Assembly: GCA_034722055.1 (NCBI GenBank)
Contig: JAYENL010000198.1
Location: forward strand, 11,784 to 75,783
Length of the DNA stretch: 64,000 bases
Direction of reading: 5' to 3'
From: Armatimonadota bacterium
GTDB taxonomy: Bacteria > Armatimonadota > Zipacnadia > Zipacnadales > UBA5352
A program made the translations under genes and the position numbers. How positions within the stretch are numbered: position 1 is the stretch's first letter; every line of letters begins with the position of its first letter. The notes under the pieces were generated by a model. The model did not search any database. It was given only the letters and a program-made list of their open reading frames with translations, and had not been told where the DNA came from. Positions 28,820-38,409 of the stretch are shown piece by piece.

Positions 28820-30298
28820 ATGGCGACATCTCAGGAGAAGCAATTGGGCCAGTTCTTCACGCCGGAGGCCGTGGCTCAGAGCCTCGTCCGGTGGGCCGTA
28901 CGCAGTAGCAAGTCCGATGTCCTTGATCCCTCGTGCGGAGACGGCGAGTTCCTGCGGCACGTCAACCGACCGACCGGCGTTGAGCTGTGCGCGGAGAAAG
29001 CGGCGCTTGCGCGGAATGCGGCTCCTGAGGCCGAAGTGATCGTCGCCGACTTCTTTGAGTGGGCGCAAGCACGCAGTCCGTCCTTCGACGCTGTGGTGGG
29101 CAATCCCCCATTCATCCGGTACCATCAATTCAACGGCTCCACGAGAAAGCGCGCCCTGAAGCTGTCGCAGCGTATCGGGGCTGAGTTCAGTGGCCTGACA
29201 TCATCGTGGGCGCCGTTCGTAGCCGTCTCGGCATCACTCTTGAAGCCGGGGGGGCGCCTCGCATTCGTGGTGCCAGCCGAGATAGGCCACGCCACCTACG
29301 CGGCTCCGCTCGTGGAGGGCCTCTGCCGCCACTTCGCGCAGGTCACAGTCGTGGCGATCCGGGAGAAGCTCTTCCCGCACCTCTCCCAGGACGCGTGGCT
29401 GCTCTATGCCGATGGCAAAGGCAGTGATACGCGCACGATTGGTTTCTCTGCCATAGAAGAGTTCGCCGAGGATCTCGAGCCCGAGCACCCCCACACCGCG
29501 ATCCCTCTGACAACATGGCGTGAGTTGGGGGGCAGGCTCCGGAAGTTCCTTGTGCCCCCGGCATCATTGGGCCTTTACCACGAACTATCCAATCGCGTCG
29601 GTGCGACAGTTGTTGAAGGCATTGCCGACGTCACCATCGGCTATGTGAGCGGGGCGAACGACTTCTTCCACTTCACGCCATCGGCCGCTGCCATGTTCGA
29701 GATACCACAGGATTGCCTCCGCCCGACCGTGCGGCGGGGCGAGCAACTCACCGCAGACTATGTGGACGACAGGCTGGTCAGGCGGTGGCTGGCTGATAAC
29801 GATGCAGTGCTCGTCCTCGATCTCTCGAGTGCGGACATGCTGCCATCAGCGGTCGAACGCTACTTGGACTCGCCGGAGGGTCAGGAGGTACGTAAGCGCT
29901 ACAAGTGCAGAGTTCGGGATCCATGGTACGTTATCCCGGGCGTCGATCAAGCACCTTCCGCGTTCATCACGTGCATGAGCGGGAGGGACAGCCGGCTGTC
30001 GATCAACCGCGCCGGGGCAGTGTGCACCAACTCTGTCCTCGCGGTGTCGCTCAAGCAGCAAGTTCGCCAGACCGATCTCCTGCGCGGGTGGCGTCACCCG
30101 CTCTCACGTCTGAGCCAGGAGCTTGAGGGACACCCGCTGGGCGGCGGAATGCTGAAACTCGAGCCCGGCGAGGCCCGGAGGACATACATCCCGCTCCCGC
30201 CATTCCGCTCAACGAAGTCGGAGGATGATGCGCTCACCGAAGCTGTCGAGGTCATGCGAACATGGAGGCACTATGGACCGGAAGCTGAGCGCACTTGA
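28820..30298 (+). CDS. Type II N6-adenine DNA methyltransferase (gamma class)
   Basis: LGQFFTP, VLDPSCGDGEF (motif I), VVGNPPF (motif IV) and C-terminal GGGMLKLEP. Confidence 0.9.
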   Translation: MATSQEKQLGQFFTPEAVAQSLVRWAVRSSKSDVLDPSCGDGEFLRHVNRPTGVELCAEKAALARNAAPEAEVIVADFFEWAQARSPSFDAVVGNPPFIRYHQFNGSTRKRALKLSQRIGAEFSGLTSSWAPFVAVSASLLKPGGRLAFVVPAEIGHATYAAPLVEGLCRHFAQVTVVAIREKLFPHLSQDAWLLYADGKGSDTRTIGFSAIEEFAEDLEPEHPHTAIPLTTWRELGGRLRKFLVPPASLGLYHELSNRVGATVVEGIADVTIGYVSGANDFFHFTPSAAAMFEIPQDCLRPTVRRGEQLTADYVDDRLVRRWLADNDAVLVLDLSSADMLPSAVERYLDSPEGQEVRKRYKCRVRDPWYVIPGVDQAPSAFITCMSGRDSRLSINRAGAVCTNSVLAVSLKQQVRQTDLLRGWRHPLSRLSQELEGHPLGGGMLKLEPGEARRTYIPLPPFRSTKSEDDALTEAVEVMRTWRHYGPEAERT

Positions 30299-31142
30299 GC
30301 TAACCACCATTCACGCTGCCCTTGACCGCTTCTACGAACTGGAGGGGCTCCGGGGACAGCATCACGTCAAGCCCATGCACCAGTATGTGGCGATGCGGCT
30401 GGTGGTCGAGGGCGGGTTCTTGCCGGAGGAGATATCTCCTCGTCCGCCGCTTACTGCTACGCTCAGGCGTTCCGGCTACAAGCTCGAGATCGATGAGGAA
30501 CTCGGTGACACTCGGGAAGAAACGGTCCTCGGCGGGCTCAAGACCAAGGACGTGGATGTTGTTGTGGCCAAGGACCGTCTGGGCCCGGTCCTTTGCATCT
30601 CCGTCAAGGGCACCGGGGGAGCATTCCGCAATCTGACGAACAGAATGGAAGAGGCTGTCGGCGACTGCACCAACCTGCATATGACCTACCCGGGGTTGGT
30701 CTACGGCTTCTTGCACCTCATCAAGTGCAACCACCCAGGCGATCCAGACGTGAAGCCGAACGACGTAAGCCTGGACGAGAAAGGCCGCGCAGCAGACGCA
30801 GTTCAGCGATACGACGACGTGCTCAAGGCTCTAACGGGGCGAGAACTGGTCCGTAACGAGATCAGCAGGTACGAGGCCATAGCTTTGGTCATGGTCGATC
30901 GTGTCGCGTCGAAGGGGGTGATCTCGGACCGCTTCCCAGACTCCGATAGCCCGACAACGTTCCGCCAGTTCTTCCCCACCCTATACCGGGTCTACGACCG
31001 CCGCTACCCATATGTCGCCCTGAAGCTGAGAAACACAGAGAGAGTGGCGTGGGATCCTGCTTCGCCTGCCTTCCACGTGTTGAGCGAAGAGGCGGGCCGC
31101 GATCTGACCGATCTGTTCGACTATAGTCCTCGATTAGCCTGA
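30273..31142 (+). CDS. Putative type II restriction endonuclease (PD-(D/E)xK; XhoI/PaeR7I-like)
   Basis: KDVDVVV...ISVK nuclease core and NRMEEAVG motif; overlaps the MTase 3' end; GGAGG RBS. Confidence 0.7.
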   Translation: MDRKLSALELTTIHAALDRFYELEGLRGQHHVKPMHQYVAMRLVVEGGFLPEEISPRPPLTATLRRSGYKLEIDEELGDTREETVLGGLKTKDVDVVVAKDRLGPVLCISVKGTGGAFRNLTNRMEEAVGDCTNLHMTYPGLVYGFLHLIKCNHPGDPDVKPNDVSLDEKGRAADAVQRYDDVLKALTGRELVRNEISRYEAIALVMVDRVASKGVISDRFPDSDSPTTFRQFFPTLYRVYDRRYPYVALKLRNTERVAWDPASPAFHVLSEEAGRDLTDLFDYSPRLA

Positions 31143-31153
31143 TGAAGCGGCCG

Positions 31154-32077
31154 TCACTCCTTCGGCGTCGCCGCCAGGATCTTGTCCAGCGCGTCCCGGC
31201 GGTAGGCACGCCAGGTCTCCAGCTCGAACTCCTCGATGATGTCCTCGATGCTGGTGTCCTCCATCTCCGAGGCAAGCGTGAACTTCCCCTCCGGGTGGAT
31301 GATCTCCAGCGCCACGCCGCGCCCGTACTTCTCCCGGATGGCGTCCCACTTCTCGCGGTTCTGATCCTGGTGGAAGCACTCCCGGTCGAGGTTCACGTCC
31401 GCGCTGGCGATGGGATACTGATAGCCGGTCTTCGCCAGCGAGCGGCCGGTCATGTCGATGATCTCGTTGACCTGCCCGCCCCACGAGGAGAGCAGATAGA
31501 AGCCGAACTCCTGCGCCCAGAAGTTGAGCTGCCAGCCCGCCTGGTACATCGAGGGCCAGCAGACCACGCGCGCGCCGTTCTCGTGCAGGCGCTGGCCGAC
31601 CTCCGGGAAGTTCATGTCGAAGCAGATGGCGAAGCCCACCGGCCCGACGTCGGTCTCGAAGGCCGGGGCGTCGGAGCCGGGCGCAATGCCGGCCTCCAGC
31701 TCCCCGCGCGTGGGCCGCATCTTGTGGTAGACGCCCACCACCTCGCCCCGGCGGTCGATCAGCGCCGCCGAGTTGTACAGCCGCCCATCGCGCTCCTCGA
31801 TGGTCGTCGCCACCGAGTAGCAGTCATTGCGGCGGCAGGCCTCGCCCACAGCATCGGTGGTGGGGCCGGGAATCGGCTCGGCGTGCTCTGCGGATTCGGG
31901 GAAGGAGAAGTGGCGCTGGGCGAAGATCTCGGGCATGCAGACGAGGTCGGATCCGTCCAGCGCGGCGCGGTCGATCATCTCGGCGGCCTGGCGGCAGTTG
32001 GACGCGAGCTGCTCGGCGCCCTCGGCCTCCTTCTGCGGGCTCCAGGACACGGTGGTCAGTCTGGCGTATCGGGCCAT
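31154..32077 (-). CDS. Carbon-nitrogen hydrolase (nitrilase superfamily), paralog 2
   Basis: MPEIF / YHK / AICFD triad; clearly homologous to 27702-28631 (ARLTTVSW, CWPSMYQ, YPIASADVN). Confidence 0.9.
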   Translation of the reverse strand: MARYARLTTVSWSPQKEAEGAEQLASNCRQAAEMIDRAALDGSDLVCMPEIFAQRHFSFPESAEHAEPIPGPTTDAVGEACRRNDCYSVATTIEERDGRLYNSAALIDRRGEVVGVYHKMRPTRGELEAGIAPGSDAPAFETDVGPVGFAICFDMNFPEVGQRLHENGARVVCWPSMYQAGWQLNFWAQEFGFYLLSSWGGQVNEIIDMTGRSLAKTGYQYPIASADVNLDRECFHQDQNREKWDAIREKYGRGVALEIIHPEGKFTLASEMEDTSIEDIIEEFELETWRAYRRDALDKILAATPKE

Positions 32078-32153
32078 TGGCGTACCTCCACTACCAGTCT
32101 CACGCAATCGGAGGCACGTTCGCCCTCCGGGCCACTAAGCCCTTCGGCCCTCG

Positions 32154-34265
32154 CTACCGCGTCATCTCCCGCATCTTCACGCTCCAGGGGTGCTTCGGCC
32201 ACCGGTCGATGGCGCGCTGGAAGAGCGCATCGGACCTCTCGGTCTCGCCCAGCTCATGATACGCGAGGCCGCCATAGTAGAGCGCCTCAGGAGCCGCATA
32301 CTCCCACTCCAACGAGCTCTGGATATCAGCGAGCAGCGATCGCGCTTCCTCGTCACGGCCCTGGACGGCGAGAGCATAGGCCAGCACAGCGGTGGTGGCG
32401 TAGCAGTACTTCGGAGAAGGCTGCAAAGCCTGGCGAGCTACGTCCTCAGCCTCCTCCAGTCGCCCCGTGAATGCGAGCGCGGCCGCCTCAGTCCCGGACC
32501 CTCCATCGCCAGGCGCCTCCGTGGATCTGGCGCGCTCTATCTCGGCGAGAGCCTTCTCCCACTCGCCGAGGTGCGTCCGCGCCGTCGCGCGAGCCAGATA
32601 CCCCCGTGAACCCTCGCCAGATGGCGGCTCCTGCGCCAGCCGCTGTCTTGCCTCGGCAACGTCCCCGCGGAAGATGTGCGCTACCGCCAGTTGTGCAGAC
32701 AGCCACGTTGCCAGGCTGTCGGGCGTCCGCCCCTCCAGTCCCTGGAGAAACTCGACAGCTTCATCAACCGCGCCAATCTGGATCAGGCTGTGGGCGGCAC
32801 GGCCGATGATTGCGGGATCGTCCGGCGATAGCTCAGCGGCCCGGCAGTACTCAGCGGTCGCCTCCTCAATGCGACCTGCCACGCGCAACGTCTCCGCAAA
32901 GCCTTTGGCCATATGTGGGTTATCAGGATCGAGCTCGGCCGCCTGGCGGTGCTCCGAGACGGCCTCCTCAAGCTGATCCAGCGTCCTGAGGGTGACGCCG
33001 AGGCAGTGATGTGCCCAAGCGTTGTCCGGCTCGATCCCCTCCGCCGTTCGGAAATGCTCCAACGCCGCCTCGTACTCTTTCTGACTTGTGAGGATTCTCC
33101 CCAGTGTCAAGTGTGGCGACGCAAGGCCATCGGACAGCTCGATGGCCTGGCGCGCTTCCGCCTCGGCCTCATCCAGCTTGCCCTGACGCGTCAGCGAGAG
33201 CGCCAGGGCGGCATGGCTCTCGGCATAGTCCGGCTTGAGTTCGATCGCCTCGCGGAGAGTGGTGACTGCCTGGTCGGTGTCGCCTGTCGCGTCCAGAGCG
33301 TAGCCGAGGATGTAGTGGGCATACGCCGACGAGGGGTCAGCCTTCAGCACCTCGCGGGCGCGGGTCATGGCCTCATCCCACTCGCCGGTGTGCAGGAGCA
33401 GCATACCCAGCCTCAGCCGCGTCTCGGTCTCACCGCGGCCCGCCCTCAGCACCTGCCGGTACTCGGCGATGGCTTCGTTCGTCGCCCCCTGCATCGCCAG
33501 GGCGCCCGCGAGGCCGTAGTGCAGACCCGGCTCACGGGGCTTGAGCTCGATCGCCCTGCGGAACGCCTCCTCGGCCTCGGCGTACTCGCCGCGGTCCAGC
33601 CTCACCGCGCCCAGCGACCACCAGGAGTAATGACATCCGGGCGCGACCTCAACGGCGTGCTGTGCCGTGGCAAGCGCCTGGTCGAGCTCACCCGCGTCGG
33701 CCAGCAGTTCCCACGCACGCTGCTCGGCGGCGCTCCGGGCCATTCCCGGCAGCACCATCAGCGCGATGCCGCCCACCAAGATGGCCGTCCAGAGCATGAC
33801 ACCCGGCCGCCTGTACACCGGCACGGTCTCCGCTGCCGGTGCGGCTGATTGCTGACCCGAGACCTCCGCTCTGACACGGACTGCAACCCACATGAGGACG
33901 TACGCCATGTTGAAGGCGACGAGCACCCCACCCACATCCCGCAGACGGACCCACAGATCGGGGGCGGGCCCGCGCATGGAAAGCGAGATGCTGTAGAGGA
34001 CGATCGCCCCAACACCCGCTACGGGGAAGAGCCGTCGCCAGACCTGTGGGGGATTGCTTAGGGTCCGCGTCGCGACGAGCGCAGCGGCGATGGGGCCGAG
34101 CACGTGGAAACCGATCACCAGAGCACTGACCGCAAGCCTCCTGGCGGTCCCCCCGTCGGTGGCCATCTCCGGCCAGATATCCCGGATGAGCAGCATCCAC
34201 AGCAGCTCGAAGGCGACGAGGACGGCCGCGCCGCTCAGAATGTCAGCCAGGTCGCGTCGGTCCAT
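32154..34265 (-). CDS. Membrane-anchored tetratricopeptide repeat protein
   Basis: About 5 N-terminal TM segments followed by many TPRs (e.g. AIELKP, AHYILG). Confidence 0.85.
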   Translation of the reverse strand: MDRRDLADILSGAAVLVAFELLWMLLIRDIWPEMATDGGTARRLAVSALVIGFHVLGPIAAALVATRTLSNPPQVWRRLFPVAGVGAIVLYSISLSMRGPAPDLWVRLRDVGGVLVAFNMAYVLMWVAVRVRAEVSGQQSAAPAAETVPVYRRPGVMLWTAILVGGIALMVLPGMARSAAEQRAWELLADAGELDQALATAQHAVEVAPGCHYSWWSLGAVRLDRGEYAEAEEAFRRAIELKPREPGLHYGLAGALAMQGATNEAIAEYRQVLRAGRGETETRLRLGMLLLHTGEWDEAMTRAREVLKADPSSAYAHYILGYALDATGDTDQAVTTLREAIELKPDYAESHAALALSLTRQGKLDEAEAEARQAIELSDGLASPHLTLGRILTSQKEYEAALEHFRTAEGIEPDNAWAHHCLGVTLRTLDQLEEAVSEHRQAAELDPDNPHMAKGFAETLRVAGRIEEATAEYCRAAELSPDDPAIIGRAAHSLIQIGAVDEAVEFLQGLEGRTPDSLATWLSAQLAVAHIFRGDVAEARQRLAQEPPSGEGSRGYLARATARTHLGEWEKALAEIERARSTEAPGDGGSGTEAAALAFTGRLEEAEDVARQALQPSPKYCYATTAVLAYALAVQGRDEEARSLLADIQSSLEWEYAAPEALYYGGLAYHELGETERSDALFQRAIDRWPKHPWSVKMREMTR

Positions 34266-34409
34266 GAGCGCCACCCCCTCTATCGTCTGGCGGGAGCTCG
34301 ACGCTTGCCGCAGCTTCCCCGGCAAGCCCAACTGTGTGCGCAAGGGTTCGCGGCCTGTGGCGCCGAACCCTGCCTGCGCCGTCCATCCGTCTCCCGGGAG
34401 CGGTCTGTA

Positions 34410-37400
34410 ATGCGCCTGATAGCCAGCATCATCCTGACGACGGTGGTCCCGGCCGCCGCTGCCTCGCTCGACACCATGATCCCCTCCCCGCAGGAGGTCG
34501 AGGCGCTGGAGGCGGTGGTGCCTGCCGCCGGCGGTGTGATCGAGCTCCGCTCAGACGACCCGCAGACCGCGATCGCCGCGGAGGAGATCAATGCCCGCAT
34601 CGCCAAGCTTGGCGGGCAGCCGCTGCCGATCGGCGAGGGGGGCGATGGGCCGCGGATCGTACTCTCGGTCGGCGAGGCTGCGCCCAACAGACCGCAGGGG
34701 TATGCTATCACCCACTCGGCCGAGGAGGGGCGCGAGGTCTTCGCCCTCACCGGCCACGACGTCCAGGGGATGCTCTACGCCGCGGTCACCTTCCGCCACA
34801 TGCTGGCCGTGGAGGACGGGCGGGTGGTCATCCGCGCGGCGAACGTCCGGGACTGGCCCGACTTCCGCCTGCGGCATCTGGGCCAGCCCTTCATGGAGCC
34901 GCTGCGCGACTACTACTACCAGATGCGCCGGGCGGCTCGCGACGGCGACCTCGAGACCGCCCGGGAGCTGGGCGAGAGGCACATCGCGGTGGTCTGCCGC
35001 TACGTGGACTGGCTGCTGCGGCACAAGATCAACATGATGGGTCCGCTGATCCCAGGCCGCGGATACGCGGAGGTCACCGGCTACGAGCGCGAGGTATGCC
35101 GGCGGATCAACGAGTACGCCCGCGACCGCGGGATCATCAGCGAGATCCGCGCCAACATCTCCATCGGCCGCCACCCGCAGGACGAGGACAATCCCGACTT
35201 CGCCGACGTCGTGATGCACCGCTCGCACAATCGCTACTTCTGCTGGTCGCGGCTGGACTATCACCGCGAGAAGGCGGCCGCCATCGCTGACCTGATGCGC
35301 GACGGCGGCTTCGGCGCGCTGTACCTGCACGATGTTGACGGCGGCGGCTGGCGCAACCCCGCGCTCTGGGACGACCGCTGCCAGCTCTGCCGCGAGACCT
35401 ACGGCGACGATCACGCCAGGGCCGACGCCGTGGTCTTCGGCATCTACTATGACGCCATCCGCGAGGCCGTGCCGGACGCGGTCTTCGCGGCCGTCATCTA
35501 TCCCTACAGCCCCCATCACATCGATCCCGACGCCATCGAGGAGGACCTGCGCGCCGAGATGGGCGATGTGCCCGGCGTGCGCCGGATCGCCGAGCGCGCC
35601 GCCGGGGACAACCGCGCCATGCTCGAGCGCCTCAACACCCTCGTCCCCGACGACTGGCACATCTGCATCCGGGAGAATGACCGCGAGCGCGTGGACCTGT
35701 TCCGCGAGGTCTGGGACCCCAAGCCCTTCTACACCTACTTCGAGTACATGCGCTACCGCTCCGTGCAGCCGTGGTTCGCGACCTCCCCGCGCTGCACCGC
35801 CAGCTTCCTGTATGAGGGCTACGAGGACATCCTGTTCGGCTCCATTCCCCAGTGGGGCTTCCGGGAGCCGCTGCGGCTGTATGCGGCGCAGGCGGCCTGG
35901 AACAGCGCCGCCGCCGACCCGGCGCCCTTCACCAAGCGGGCCTGGCACGACTGGCGCCAGACCCAGCAGCCCCGCGAGGTCGCCGAGAGGTGGGCGCTGC
36001 GGACCGCGACCGATCTGTGGGGAGCCGAGGTGGCGCCCTACACGCTCCCCCTCTTCACCCGGAACCTCTCGCCGCACCTGCTCTTCGACACCGAGGAGGT
36101 GGTGGACCGGGCAGGCATCGCTGATGCCAGCGCGGTCATGCGCGAGCAGTTCGACGCCGCGAGCGAGTGCACCCAGTCCATGCACCAGCTTTTCGACCGC
36201 ATCCTGGCCGGCAAGATAGAGCCGAAGCCCTACTGGTTCGGCGACCTCACCAACTACTACCGCCTCGTGGTCGCCGCGCGGGCGCTGGCCGGCTTCAAGC
36301 ACAGGCGCGCCCTGCTGGAGGAGGCGGTCATCGGCGGCGACATCGAGCGGGAGGCGGAGCTGCTGGCCGACCTGCGGGCGAGCATCGGTCGGTGGGCCGA
36401 GGAGATCCAGAGGGTCAGGGAGCGCACCCGGGAGCTGCCGATCAGCGACGAGAGCCCCAGGCAGACCGTCGCCAAGGGCTACCTGCTGGCGCTGACGGGC
36501 GATATGCTGCGCGAGCAGCTCGATCAGTTCCTACAGCGGCGGGACGAGATCGCCGCCGCCTATGCCATGCCGGGGTGGTTCACGGACTTCGCGCGGCGCC
36601 GGGAGTTCCACGCCACGCGCGCCGGGGCTACGGTCACCATCGATGGGCGCCTGGACGAGGACGTCTGGGCGCGGGCCGAGCCCATCGAGCACTTCGTGGT
36701 CTACGATCAGCTCCGCCTCGCAGCATACGAGACCGTGGCGCGGCTGGGCTGGGACTCCGGGCATCTCTACGCGGCCTTCGAGTGCTTCGACCCGGCGCCG
36801 GAGGAGATCGATCTGCCCCGCCGCGACCGCGATGAGCACGAGCAGCTTGACAGCGTGGAGGTGCTCGTCGATGCGAATGACGATGATGAGACCTTCCGGC
36901 ACTGGATCATCGACCTGGGCGGCAACACCTTCGACGCCGCCCGCCTGAAGCGCGCCGATGGGACGCTCGACTACGACATCGACTGGGACGGCGACATCCA
37001 GCAGGCCATCGCGCGCCTCGATGACCGCTTCGTCGTGGAGCTCGCCATCCCGGCGGAGGCGCTCGACGCCACGCCCGGCGAGGGGACCTGGGGCATCCAC
37101 CTGGCCCGCAACATCGCGCACGATGTCCCCCAATACCAGCCCGCCGCCCCGCGCTATCTTGACGGCGAGGGCTTCCACGCCGTCGCGAAGTACGGCCCGC
37201 TGCACTTCGAGGGCCCCGAATCTCGCATGCAGCCGCCGTCGGTGCGGGTGGAGACCGGCGACCGGTCGCTGGAGCAGAAGGTGCATGAGGAGGGCCAGTC
37301 CACCGAGGTGCGCTTTGGGCTGCGCATCGAGACCGACCGCAGCCTTCATGGCGTGACAGCGACCGCGCGGCTCATCGACCCCCGCGGCCAGGCCGTGCTG

Positions 37401-38303
37401 GAGCAGACGGTGATGGAACAGTCGTGGGTGGAGCTGATGCATCGCTCCCGGAGGCCCCTCTTCCTGGAGGTCAAGCGCGCATGCGAGGGCCTGCTGCTGG
37501 AGGTGGTGGTCAGCGCGGACGAGGGCTCCTGGAGCACCCGCGCGCCGGTCGGGCAGTACCGGCCGGCGCCGCCGGATGAGGCGGAACTCTTCGCGCCGGG
37601 GATCGACGGCCAGGCGCTCGCGGCGACGATGGTCGCTCCAAGCTTCGTGGAGGTCGGCGGTGATGTCCGCCACCTGGTCCCCTCTTCCCAGGGCACCATC
37701 GAGTGCTGGCTCTGCCCCACCGAGGACGTGGTCGTGGACCGCGAGGCCGATCGGCTCCAGCGCACCATCATCGACATCGGCCCCGTGCGCTACGACCACC
37801 CGTATCTCACCAACTGGCGCAGCATCGCCCTGCACGTCAACAAGTGGGCGCAGCTCGTCTTCCAGATCACCTCCAGGCAGTACGACAGCCGCAGCGTTCA
37901 GGCGAAGGTGGACGACTGGCAGGTCGGCGAGTGGCATCACGTGGCCTGCCAGTGGCGGCTGGACGATGACGGCCGCTGCCGGATGCAGCTCTTCATCGAC
38001 GGGGACCTGGCATCCGACCAGGTGCGCGGGAAGTTCGAGGGTGAGCCGCCGCCGCTGGACAAGCGCGATGAGCTGCTCCCCATCCAGGTGGGCGCCATGA
38101 ACACCGGCGCCGCACGGGCGGAGATGCTCATCGACGAGCTGCGCTTCAGCCTCGTACGCCGCTACGATGGGCGGTTCGAGCCAGCCCCGGTGCTGCAGGC
38201 TGATGAGACGACCAGCCTGCTGCTGCACTTCGACGACGACCTCACCGCCCACAGCGGGCTGGAGGGCGTCAGCGTCGAGGGGCGGCCCGGCACGGCGGGC
38301 TGA
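34410..38303 (+). CDS. Large secreted glycoside hydrolase (GH20-like N-terminal domain, TIM barrel, CBM9-like and LamG domains)
   Basis: Signal peptide; IPSPQ, QGY, GMLYAAVT and VRDWPDF motifs; IDGRLDEDVW (CBM9-like); WHHVA and IDELR (LamG). Confidence 0.8.
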   Translation: MRLIASIILTTVVPAAAASLDTMIPSPQEVEALEAVVPAAGGVIELRSDDPQTAIAAEEINARIAKLGGQPLPIGEGGDGPRIVLSVGEAAPNRPQGYAITHSAEEGREVFALTGHDVQGMLYAAVTFRHMLAVEDGRVVIRAANVRDWPDFRLRHLGQPFMEPLRDYYYQMRRAARDGDLETARELGERHIAVVCRYVDWLLRHKINMMGPLIPGRGYAEVTGYEREVCRRINEYARDRGIISEIRANISIGRHPQDEDNPDFADVVMHRSHNRYFCWSRLDYHREKAAAIADLMRDGGFGALYLHDVDGGGWRNPALWDDRCQLCRETYGDDHARADAVVFGIYYDAIREAVPDAVFAAVIYPYSPHHIDPDAIEEDLRAEMGDVPGVRRIAERAAGDNRAMLERLNTLVPDDWHICIRENDRERVDLFREVWDPKPFYTYFEYMRYRSVQPWFATSPRCTASFLYEGYEDILFGSIPQWGFREPLRLYAAQAAWNSAAADPAPFTKRAWHDWRQTQQPREVAERWALRTATDLWGAEVAPYTLPLFTRNLSPHLLFDTEEVVDRAGIADASAVMREQFDAASECTQSMHQLFDRILAGKIEPKPYWFGDLTNYYRLVVAARALAGFKHRRALLEEAVIGGDIEREAELLADLRASIGRWAEEIQRVRERTRELPISDESPRQTVAKGYLLALTGDMLREQLDQFLQRRDEIAAAYAMPGWFTDFARRREFHATRAGATVTIDGRLDEDVWARAEPIEHFVVYDQLRLAAYETVARLGWDSGHLYAAFECFDPAPEEIDLPRRDRDEHEQLDSVEVLVDANDDDETFRHWIIDLGGNTFDAARLKRADGTLDYDIDWDGDIQQAIARLDDRFVVELAIPAEALDATPGEGTWGIHLARNIAHDVPQYQPAAPRYLDGEGFHAVAKYGPLHFEGPESRMQPPSVRVETGDRSLEQKVHEEGQSTEVRFGLRIETDRSLHGVTATARLIDPRGQAVLEQTVMEQSWVELMHRSRRPLFLEVKRACEGLLLEVVVSADEGSWSTRAPVGQYRPAPPDEAELFAPGIDGQALAATMVAPSFVEVGGDVRHLVPSSQGTIECWLCPTEDVVVDREADRLQRTIIDIGPVRYDHPYLTNWRSIALHVNKWAQLVFQITSRQYDSRSVQAKVDDWQVGEWHHVACQWRLDDDGRCRMQLFIDGDLASDQVRGKFEGEPPPLDKRDELLPIQVGAMNTGAARAEMLIDELRFSLVRRYDGRFEPAPVLQADETTSLLLHFDDDLTAHSGLEGVSVEGRPGTAG

Positions 38304-38312
38304 CGCGCACGC

Positions 38313-38341
38313 TTGACGCCGCGAACGGTCGCATGTATGCT
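38313..38341 (+). promoter_or_regulatory. sigma70-type promoter for the M16 peptidase operon
   Basis: TTGACG-17 bp-TATGCT. Confidence 0.6.
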
Positions 38342-38409
38342 GCCTACACGCCCGCACAGGCGGGCGCTCTTCGTGCGGTCCACCGACCGCCACGGGAAGG
38401 AGACTACAC

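Noticed and set aside
30273..31142. Assigning CTCGAG specificity to the R-M system
   Set aside because: The similarity to XhoI/PaeR7I is only motif-level, and CTCGAG occurs many times in the window; specificity cannot be inferred.
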